From: Cyanophyceae cyanobacterium
Lineage (GTDB): Bacteria > Cyanobacteriota > Cyanobacteriia > Thermostichales > Thermostichaceae
Assembly (NCBI GenBank): GCA_050330615.1
Contig: JBHJNR010000045.1
Span: 1 to 30,873, forward strand
Length of the DNA: 30,873 nt
Direction: 5' to 3'
The position numbers and the translations under genes were made by a program. Positions 17,477 through 25,533 of the stretch are shown one piece after another. How positions within the stretch are numbered: the first letter of the stretch is position 1; each line of letters begins with the position of its first letter. The notes below the pieces were generated by a model. That model was given only the letters and a program-made list of their open reading frames with translations. It was not told the origin of the DNA and ran no database searches.

Positions 17477-18595
17477 ATGACACCTGCGGTTCATCCAGAG
17501 TTGCCTCGTCAGCCCCGCTTTCGGTTTCCCCGCCGCTTTCGCTTTACCCGGATCGGTCGCTTCTTTACGGGCATGACTGTCTTGGTCAGTGTGGCGGCTT
17601 TTAACACAGGCAATAACCCGCTCTATCTGCTGTTTGGCATGATGCTGAGCCTGATCATCATCAGCGGCATCCTGTCAGAACAGGTGTTGCAAAAGGTGAC
17701 GGTGAGCCGCGATATCCCGCCTCGGTTTTTTGCCGGACAGGAAGGGATCGTCATGTTGCGGGTCAAGAATACTAAAAAGCGTGCCCCCAGCTTCTCCTTG
17801 CGGATCAGCGACCGCATCCAAGGGATCCCGAGAGATCAGCATCCCTCCATCTATCTGTTGCGGGTGGATGCGGGCCAAGAGGCGAGTGCTTTTTATCGCT
17901 ATACCTTTCCTCGGCGCGGCGTCTGGCATTTGGAGGGGGTGGAGGTGGCCACCAGTTTTCCATTTGAGCTGTTTCGCAAAGGCTTAGACATCGATCTGGA
18001 GCAAGAGGTAGTTGTATTCCCTCGGCCTGCCCCGCCGCCGCCTTTGCCCCTACTGGCTTCGTTACCCCAGGGATCCCAACCCCGTCCCTATCGAGGCAGC
18101 GAGGGTGATTTTTTTGCTCTCAAAGAGCATCGACCTGGGGATGATCTGCGGCAGGTGCATTGGAAAGCCTCCGCCAAACGCGACCAATTGGTCACCCGTG
18201 AGTTAGAACGCCAAGAGGCTCAACGCTATGCCATCTGCTTCGAGAATCTGTGGATCCCGCTGGGGAGAACGGAGCCTGAGAATGTCGCCGCCCATCGCCA
18301 ACGGCTGGAACAGGCCATTGAAGTCTGCGCCGGACTGGCTCAACATCTGATCCGACTCGGTCATCCTGTTGCCTTGGTGACGCTGACGGGTCGTACCCCC
18401 TACGGCAGTGGTCTCCAACATTTGGATCGAATCTGGCATCACTTGGCCCGCCTCAACTTTGTGGGGGATCCCCAAGCCGAACCCCTGCCACAACATCCCA
18501 CTTGGTCGTTGGCCCCGACGGAAACATGCATTGTGCTGGGACACCCTGTACCGCTGTCAATTCCAGCTCGGGTGGTGGCGCGGATCCCGTTCTAG
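17477..18595 (+). CDS. DUF58 domain membrane-associated protein
   Basis: Two N-terminal hydrophobic segments (AAFNTGNNPLYLLFG), RRGVWHL...TSFPFELF and the DUF58 signature EHRPGDDLRQVHWKASAK. The ORF track start is TTG 17462. Confidence 0.85.
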   Translation: MTPAVHPELPRQPRFRFPRRFRFTRIGRFFTGMTVLVSVAAFNTGNNPLYLLFGMMLSLIIISGILSEQVLQKVTVSRDIPPRFFAGQEGIVMLRVKNTKKRAPSFSLRISDRIQGIPRDQHPSIYLLRVDAGQEASAFYRYTFPRRGVWHLEGVEVATSFPFELFRKGLDIDLEQEVVVFPRPAPPPPLPLLASLPQGSQPRPYRGSEGDFFALKEHRPGDDLRQVHWKASAKRDQLVTRELERQEAQRYAICFENLWIPLGRTEPENVAAHRQRLEQAIEVCAGLAQHLIRLGHPVALVTLTGRTPYGSGLQHLDRIWHHLARLNFVGDPQAEPLPQHPTWSLAPTETCIVLGHPVPLSIPARVVARIPF

Positions 18596-18694
18596 CCAGA
18601 TCAGGAACCATTCCGCAGGAGGGACAGTTAAGAAACTGAACACGGGGATCCCTTTTCGGTGGTGCCGGTTACTACACTAAGGGGAACGAACACG

Positions 18695-20602
18695 ATGGGA
18701 TCTGACACCATGACCTCACTGCTTGCCCCTACTCAGGATCGTGAAATCACCTTGCTATCCATTTGGCAAGTCCTGGCAGAACGCCATCCCCACGTCACCG
18801 CTCAGCGGGATCCCCATAGCCAGCCCCCCCTAGAGCTGAGTTATCACGATCTATTTGAGCGGATCAGAGCTTTTGCGGGAGGCCTACAAAGTTTGGGCGT
18901 CCAACCGGGGGATCGGGTGGCTATCTTTGCCGACAATTGTCCCCGCTGGCTGATGGCTGACTTGGGATCCCTGTTTATGGGGGCGGTGAATGTCCCTCGC
19001 AGTGCGGTGGCGGATCCACAAGAATTGGCCTACATTTTGCGCCATACCGGCTGTACCGCGTTGATTGCCGAAAACCTCAAAACTTTGCAACGGGTGCAAG
19101 CCGCTGTCAGTGAATTGGGTATTGAGAAGTTGATCTTGTTGAGTGACGAAACACCCCCTAACGGCATCAACTATTGGGCCTTTGAGCAGCTATTGCAGCG
19201 CGGACGAGACCATGGATTCAAAGCCCCTGTCCTGAAGCGTTCTGATTTGGCCACCATCATTCACACCTCAGGCACCAGCGGTAATCCTAAAGGGGTGATG
19301 CTCAGTCATGGCAATCTCATGCACCAGGTGGAAGCCGCCGAGGTGGTGGTTCAGCCCAAGCCTGGAGATCGAGTCCTGACCCTGTTGCCCACCTGGCATT
19401 CCTATGAGCGCTCCTGCGAATACTTTTTACTGAGCCGGGGTTGCACGTTGGTCTACACGGATCCCCGGCAAATGAAGAAGGATCTAAAAACCTATCCACC
19501 CCACTTCTTAATTGCTGTGCCTCGCATTTGGGAGAGTTTATATGAGGGGATCAACAAGCAGTTTCAAGACAAAAGCCCCCTGATGCAAAAGTTGATCCGC
19601 TTCTTCTTGAGCACCAGCGAAAAGTATGTTCTAGCCCGTCGAATCGCTCGCGGCCACTCGATTACTCACCTGGATGCCACCCCCCTGCAGCTCTGGGGAT
19701 CCCGGTTGCAGCAGCTCCTGCTCACCCCCTTGCATCTGTTGGCTGACAAATTGGTCTATGCCAAAGTCCGGCAAGCGATTGGATCCGACTTTCAACATGC
19801 CATCAGTGGTGGGGGATCCCTGCCCACTTATCTCGATATGTTTTACGAGATCGTCGGTATTTCGATCCTGAACGGCTACGGCTTGACGGAAACGTCTCCC
19901 ATCCTGGCGGCTCGACGACCCACCTTGAATGTGCGCGGCACCGTTGGCCCACCACTGCCCCAGACCGAACTCAAGGTGGTGGATCTCGAGACCGGGGCCG
20001 ACCTACCCCAAGGGCAGCGAGGTCTGATCATGGGACGTGGCCCCCAGGTTATGCAGGGGTACTACAACAATCCCGAAGCTACCGCTAAGGTGCTCTCTCC
20101 AGAGGGGTGGTTCAACACTGGGGATCTGGGTTGGCTAACGCCCGATGGTCAGCTGGTGATTACGGGTCGAGCCAAGGATACCATTGTCCTGTTGAATGGC
20201 GAGAATATCGAGCCACAACCGCTGGAAGATGTCTGTGCCCAAAGTCCCTATATCCAGCAGATTGTGATTGTGGGTCAAGACCAAAAGCAGCTGGGAGCCT
20301 TGATCTATCCCAATCTGGAGGCGATCCAAAGCTGGGCGAAAGAGCAAGGGATCCCTGTCTCCTCTGAGGCCGATCTAGGGGCTACCCCTCAAGTGCGAGA
20401 CTTGATCAAAACCGAGCTGCGGCAGCGGATTCGCCAACGTCCGGGCTATCGGGCGGATGATCAGGTGGGAGACTTTCGCTTTGTCCCAGAAGCCTTCAGC
20501 ATCGACAATGGCCTGATGACCCAAACCCTCAAGCTCCGTCGTCTCCAGATTACAGAGCGCTATCAAGCCCTGATCACCGAGATGTTTGGGATCCCGCGTT
20601 AG
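18695..20602 (+). CDS. aas: Long-chain acyl-CoA/acyl-ACP synthetase (AMP-dependent synthetase)
   Basis: IIHTSGTSGNPKG AMP-binding motif, GYGLTET, TGDLG, GRAKDTIVL and TLKLRR. Size and sequence fit cyanobacterial Aas. ATG 18695 follows aagggga. Confidence 0.75.
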   Translation: MGSDTMTSLLAPTQDREITLLSIWQVLAERHPHVTAQRDPHSQPPLELSYHDLFERIRAFAGGLQSLGVQPGDRVAIFADNCPRWLMADLGSLFMGAVNVPRSAVADPQELAYILRHTGCTALIAENLKTLQRVQAAVSELGIEKLILLSDETPPNGINYWAFEQLLQRGRDHGFKAPVLKRSDLATIIHTSGTSGNPKGVMLSHGNLMHQVEAAEVVVQPKPGDRVLTLLPTWHSYERSCEYFLLSRGCTLVYTDPRQMKKDLKTYPPHFLIAVPRIWESLYEGINKQFQDKSPLMQKLIRFFLSTSEKYVLARRIARGHSITHLDATPLQLWGSRLQQLLLTPLHLLADKLVYAKVRQAIGSDFQHAISGGGSLPTYLDMFYEIVGISILNGYGLTETSPILAARRPTLNVRGTVGPPLPQTELKVVDLETGADLPQGQRGLIMGRGPQVMQGYYNNPEATAKVLSPEGWFNTGDLGWLTPDGQLVITGRAKDTIVLLNGENIEPQPLEDVCAQSPYIQQIVIVGQDQKQLGALIYPNLEAIQSWAKEQGIPVSSEADLGATPQVRDLIKTELRQRIRQRPGYRADDQVGDFRFVPEAFSIDNGLMTQTLKLRRLQITERYQALITEMFGIPR

Positions 20603-20810
20603 TTGCAACCAGTGAGAAGATAAGGATCCATAGGAGGAAGAATGTCCTGCGCCCAGTTCTGGATCCTTAACGCTAGTTAAGCCAATGATTCTGACTACAT
20701 CTGCTATCGAACCAACCTGTTGTCAGGAGTTGACCCTTGCAGACTTTTATTTGATTAATGGATCAACAAGGCCCGAAATTTCTGAGCGTCCCGAAAAGAG
20801 GTTGCATCGA

Positions 20811-21125
20811 ATGTCAAAACCAAGCGTCCTGGCATTGCTCCATGCCTGTGCAGAGGATCCATCTGTTCTAGACCATTACTCCTCGTTGTCACTGCCAGAA
20901 CTATTACTACATGCTCGTAGTGCTGGCTATGGATTTACCCGAGAAGAGTTGTCTGGGGTGATTGGCTCGATGGAAGTTCAAGTCATCATGCAGCGAGATG
21001 GAGAAGATATTAACGCTTTTAGCAGCCTCTGGCGCAAGATGTGGGGCAAACGTCGGTTGCACTATATTGTCGATGATCTGTATCGCACGTTTAGCCAGGA
21101 TGAGTTGGATCAACTAACCCACTAA
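20811..21125 (+). CDS. Nif11-like domain small protein 1 (104 aa)
   Basis: MSKPSVLALLHACAEDPSVLDHYSSLSLPELLLHARSAGYGFTREEL resembles the Nif11 pattern (MS..L..F...DP.L......A...G+.FT.EEL). ATG 20811 is in frame with the track start at 20685. Confidence 0.7.
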   Translation: MSKPSVLALLHACAEDPSVLDHYSSLSLPELLLHARSAGYGFTREELSGVIGSMEVQVIMQRDGEDINAFSSLWRKMWGKRRLHYIVDDLYRTFSQDELDQLTH

Positions 21126-21171
21126 AGACTTTTTATCACCAATTATCCCACCCATAAAAGGAGAGAAAACG

Positions 21172-21510
21172 ATGGCTCTGAGTGAGGTTTTTCGTTTCAT
21201 GCGAGACTTGGGTCAACAGCCAGATAGTGTCAGCTGTCTCCGTGAGCAGAACAAAGAATCTGTTCTTTTATATGCCAATGATAAAGGCTACAATTTTACA
21301 GAGATAGAGTTTGATCAAAGCATGTGGGGCATTGAAATTCATCTTGCCAACAAGCTAGAAGAACCATTTGACTTTAACTTTAATTTATGGGAGACAATGT
21401 GGGGGCATTATTATCTAGACTTTCTAGTCAAAAATACTGTGGGTGCCGTGACAGAGCAGGACATCAGCAACTTTATCACTCAGCAATCTCATCAGTCATC
21501 TGAAAGATGA
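21172..21510 (+). CDS. Nif11-like domain small protein 2 (112 aa)
   Basis: AGGAG RBS. MALSEVFRFMRDL...YANDKGYNFTEIEF is Nif11-like, and the protein shares LWxxMWG with the preceding ORF. Confidence 0.7.
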   Translation: MALSEVFRFMRDLGQQPDSVSCLREQNKESVLLYANDKGYNFTEIEFDQSMWGIEIHLANKLEEPFDFNFNLWETMWGHYYLDFLVKNTVGAVTEQDISNFITQQSHQSSER

Positions 21511-22075
21511 GCTCTGGAATCCATACAGGGATCCCTTTGATTCTTAGTTCTTGATCAAGAGGTTTCTCTCCGGCTTGAGCACCAGATGGGGCGGTGGGTT
21601 GCGCGCATGTCTTCAGCAACACACTTCATCCTAGGTTTATTAAATGAAATAAGTATCAAGGAAACGGATCCCAATATCTGATGCAGGAAGCTCTGTAAGG
21701 ATCCCTTCTGTTTGAGTCAGATCTGATTGGGATCCCAAGGAGTCATCTACTCTGATCATCTGTAAGACCCGCCCAATCTCAAGATTTGATTCAGGTTTCA
21801 TCTCAGTAGACCAAGGATAATCTGCTACTATCGATCTGGGTAATATATTGTTCTGGCTCAAAAGTTTTTGTGCTTAGTTCTATTCAGTAGATTGCAGGGC
21901 ATACTCAAGGTTAAGACAAGTCTTATGGAAATAATAAAGTCATGTGGATGAGGTAAAAGCCTAATCTACTACTTAATCTATCTCCGGCAGTGACTTTGAT
22001 CTTCTAATTCCCTTCCCTATTCAGTTCTTTCTGGGTTGATTACAGATTGTTTCGCTTTAGGCTAGTAATCATTTT

Positions 22076-22933
22076 ATGGCGGCTAAGAAAATTCTAGTCA
22101 TGCTTTCTGAGTGGGGTTATTGGGGAGAAGAGTTTATTGCTCCCTATGATGTACTGGTTGAGGCTGGATATACCTGTGATTTCATGACAGCCCATGGTCG
22201 CAAGCCTCCGGTACTGCCACCCAGTATGGACGTGACCTATCAGGATCCCCCGTTGGGGGTCTGTGTTACCAGCCTCCATTTTGCCAACCGTACTCGTGAA
22301 GTCGATGAGTCGGATCTGCTGGACAATCCGATTGATCTAAGTTCATGGTTTCCCGCCATGCCCTACTTTAATGCCCCCCATTTTGGGCATGATTTACTGG
22401 CGTACTTTAAAGAGAGGGATGAGCGCTGGAAAGATTTAGAGCAGTATGATGCTCTGCTGCTGCCTGGGGGTAGCGGCCCTATGGTGGATATGGTCAATAA
22501 CGAGAGGCTGCACGAGATCATTCTGGGCTTCTTGGCTCAAGGCAAGTTGATCGCAGCGGAGTGCTACTGCGTCACAGCTCTAGCTTTTGCGCGAGATTGG
22601 ACAGAACGAAAAAGTATTATCTGGGGTAGGCATATCACCGGACATGCCCGCGAATATGACTATAAAGATGGCACTGGGTTTGCCCAAATGTATGACTACA
22701 ATGATCAACCCATGAATACATCGGCTAATTTTGGGCCGCCTTTTTATCCATTGGAATACATCTTGAGAGATGCTGTGGGGCCTGAGGGGCAGTTTCATGG
22801 TGGTGTTGGCCACTACTTATCTACAATCCTTGATTATCCATTTCTGACAGGACGATCCACTCAAGACTCCACCTTGGTTGGAGAGTTGATGGTTGAGGTT
22901 CTGGAGAAGGGATTGAGACGTTATGGCTGGTAG
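22076..22933 (+). CDS. DJ-1/PfpI (class I glutamine amidotransferase-like) protein, long Hsp31-like form
   Basis: KKILVMLSEWGYWGEE, ALLLPGGSGPMVDM and nucleophile elbow IAAECYC. Confidence 0.8.
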   Translation: MAAKKILVMLSEWGYWGEEFIAPYDVLVEAGYTCDFMTAHGRKPPVLPPSMDVTYQDPPLGVCVTSLHFANRTREVDESDLLDNPIDLSSWFPAMPYFNAPHFGHDLLAYFKERDERWKDLEQYDALLLPGGSGPMVDMVNNERLHEIILGFLAQGKLIAAECYCVTALAFARDWTERKSIIWGRHITGHAREYDYKDGTGFAQMYDYNDQPMNTSANFGPPFYPLEYILRDAVGPEGQFHGGVGHYLSTILDYPFLTGRSTQDSTLVGELMVEVLEKGLRRYGW

Positions 22934-23057
22934 TTCACCACGCTCTAAGCCTCTATCGAAATATGTATTTTTAACACTATCGTCATCATGATTTTCTAAG
23001 TCCTATCGAGATCCCTAGTCAACCGTGATCGATCGACAACGACAGCAGGAGTAGAGT

Positions 23058-24761
23058 ATGTCAGGAAAAACCGGACGATTTGCAATACTGGAACAGCTAG
23101 TCGCGGACGGCTTCCAATACATCTTTGGTAACCCTGGCACTGTTGAACAAGGTTTTCTCGATGCTCTTCAGGATTATCCTGACCTGAACTATATTCTGAC
23201 CTTGCAGGAAACCGTTGCTGTCATGGCTGCGGATGGCTACGCACGGGCAACTAAAAAACCAGCCATTGTTCAGATCCATAGCACGCCTGGTTTGGGGAAC
23301 TCCATTGGGGCTTTATATCAGGCCAAACGAGGTCATTCTCCCTTGGTGGTGTTGGGGGGAGATGCTGGCGTCAAGTATGTGGCGATGGATGCTCAGATGG
23401 CTGGGGATCTGGTGGCGATGGCAGAACCGGTGACAAAATGGGCCGCTATTGTTGTTGATGCCAGCTCATTATTGCGGATGTTACGCCGCGCAATCAAGAT
23501 TGCCGCCACTCCTCCGATGGGGCCCGTCTATCTCTGTTTACCTCAAGACATTTTGGATCAGCCGGTGCAGGAGCAGGTGATCCCCACCTCGATCCCTTCC
23601 ACCCGTTCTGCCCCTCCGCCAGAGCAGCTCCAGCAGGTAGCAGAGTGGCTAGCCCATGCCCAAAAACCCATGATCTTTATTGGTGATGGCATCGCCTACT
23701 CTCAGGCTCAACCTGAGCTAGCTCAGGTGGCGGAGCTAGTGGGGGCTGAGGTTTGGGAAGCTGACAATGGTGAATTGAATATGAGCCATACTCATCCCCT
23801 TTATCAAGGGACTACTGGCCATATGTTTGGATCCCAAAGTTTGCCGATTTTAGGCAAAGGGGATGTCAACTTAGTCTGTGGAACTTACATCGTGCCTGAG
23901 GTCTTCCCGGAGCTAAGCTCGGTGTTTGCAACGGGCTCCAAGGTGGTTCACATCGATTTGAATGCCTATGAGATCGCCAAAAACCATCCGGTGGATCTGG
24001 GTATGGTCACGGATCCTAAGACAACGCTATCCCAGCTGGCCCAATCTCTAGAGATGGTCTTATCGCCCAAGCAAAAGGCAGCGGCTGAACAGCGGACGGA
24101 GCAGATTAGCCAAGCGAAATTCAGCCGACTCCAGGCCGAACGGCACGCAGATCAAGAGCGGCGAGATGATGTTCCATTACAGATGTCTCGTTTTGCAGAA
24201 GAACTGGCGGCTCAACTGCCGGATGATGCGATTATTTTTGATGAGGCGCTGACCAATTCCCCGGCTTTAGTTCGTTATTACCCTGTGACAAAACCTGAGC
24301 ATTATTTCGTGACACGAGGGGGATCCTTAGGGGTAGGAATTCCAGGTGCTATCGGAGCAAAGTTAGCACATCCCGACAAGACCGTGATTGCTTTGACGGG
24401 AGATGGGGGCGCCATGTATACCATTCAGTCTTTATGGACTGCCGCACGACACCATGTGGCAGCTAAGTTTGTGATTTGTAACAATCGCTCCTACCGCATA
24501 TTACAGTATAATATAAGGCAGTACTGGTCGGAATTAGGCCTGCCTGAACGAGACTTACCCCTTAGCTTTGATCTGTCCTACCCTGCCATTCGCTTTGATG
24601 AATTGGCACGGGGAATGGGGGTAGAGGCAGTCCGCGTGGAAAAGCCAGATCAAATCACCTCAGCTATTCAGTCAGCGCTTGCACATGCTGGCCCTTTTCT
24701 CATTGATCTTGTCTTGGAGGGCACGATCCAGTCACACAAGATTGGAGTGAAGTCAGGGTGA
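23058..24761 (+). CDS. Thiamine diphosphate-dependent enzyme (benzoylformate decarboxylase/acetolactate synthase-like)
   Basis: IFGNPGTVE, LQETVAVMAADGYARAT with the conserved Glu, GGSLGVGIPGAIGAKLAHPD, and the ThDP motif GDGG...CNNRSY. AGGAG RBS. Confidence 0.88.
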   Translation: MSGKTGRFAILEQLVADGFQYIFGNPGTVEQGFLDALQDYPDLNYILTLQETVAVMAADGYARATKKPAIVQIHSTPGLGNSIGALYQAKRGHSPLVVLGGDAGVKYVAMDAQMAGDLVAMAEPVTKWAAIVVDASSLLRMLRRAIKIAATPPMGPVYLCLPQDILDQPVQEQVIPTSIPSTRSAPPPEQLQQVAEWLAHAQKPMIFIGDGIAYSQAQPELAQVAELVGAEVWEADNGELNMSHTHPLYQGTTGHMFGSQSLPILGKGDVNLVCGTYIVPEVFPELSSVFATGSKVVHIDLNAYEIAKNHPVDLGMVTDPKTTLSQLAQSLEMVLSPKQKAAAEQRTEQISQAKFSRLQAERHADQERRDDVPLQMSRFAEELAAQLPDDAIIFDEALTNSPALVRYYPVTKPEHYFVTRGGSLGVGIPGAIGAKLAHPDKTVIALTGDGGAMYTIQSLWTAARHHVAAKFVICNNRSYRILQYNIRQYWSELGLPERDLPLSFDLSYPAIRFDELARGMGVEAVRVEKPDQITSAIQSALAHAGPFLIDLVLEGTIQSHKIGVKSG

Positions 24762-24870
24762 TCTCGACACTCTCTTCTCCTAATTCTTGGGAACCATAAC
24801 AATAGAGTTGGTCATGAGCAAACATTGAACGACAACATTGAGCATCTAAACCTACCTAGAGAGAGATGGG

Positions 24871-25437
24871 ATGAAACTCAGCGGCAAAAAGATTGGCATT
24901 CTGATCGAAAGTGGCTTTTATGAGCATGAGATCTGGTATTACAACTATCGCTTTGCGGAGGAAGGAGCCGATCTTCATTTCCTGACTCGACTATGGGGGC
25001 AATCTTCCTTGACCTTTAAAGGAAATGAATATCATGTCCCTTTTACGTGCCATGAGAGTTTTGAGGATATTGATGAGGAGGCGTTAAAGACCTTCAGCGC
25101 TATCATTGTGCCCTCAGCAATGGTTTCTGATCGCCTGCGCTATACAGAAGATGTCAATCAGCTGCCTCCAGCAACCGCTTTTCTCAAAAGAGCCTTTGCG
25201 GATCCCAACATCCTGAAAGGGATTATTTGTCATGGCATGTGGTTGCTAGCGCCAGCTCCTGAGTTGATCAGAGGAAGACCTGTGACCTGCCACAATAACC
25301 TCCATGGTGATGTGATTAATATGGGTGCCCTTTATCAAAATGAAGATGTGGTTGTAGATGGAGATCTAATCACGGGTCGAACCGGAGGCCACGCTCATCT
25401 ATTTGCTCGAAAGTTGATCGATACTCTCAGCTCTTAA
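24871..25437 (+). CDS. DJ-1/PfpI family protein, short form (slr1854-like)
   Basis: GKKIGILIESGFYEHE, GIICHG elbow and DVVVDGDLITGR. Confidence 0.88.
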   Translation: MKLSGKKIGILIESGFYEHEIWYYNYRFAEEGADLHFLTRLWGQSSLTFKGNEYHVPFTCHESFEDIDEEALKTFSAIIVPSAMVSDRLRYTEDVNQLPPATAFLKRAFADPNILKGIICHGMWLLAPAPELIRGRPVTCHNNLHGDVINMGALYQNEDVVVDGDLITGRTGGHAHLFARKLIDTLSS

Positions 25438-25533
25438 TCGTGGAATTTATATCATTATGTCAAGATGTCCTCCGCTCGATGTCTAGGCCGTTCTATTCCA
25501 TTTGATCGACTTCTAACTCTTGAGGATTCCAGT

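Noticed and set aside
20811-21510. RiPP (Nif11-leader) biosynthetic gene cluster
   Set aside because: There is no double-Gly site, no Cys/Ser/Thr-rich variable core, and no modification enzyme or peptidase exporter nearby. The radical SAM at 13155 is a different, widespread family separated by three unrelated genes.
21640-21861. 73-aa minus-strand ORF as a gene
   Set aside because: It has no motif or RBS and is antisense to an otherwise all-plus cluster.
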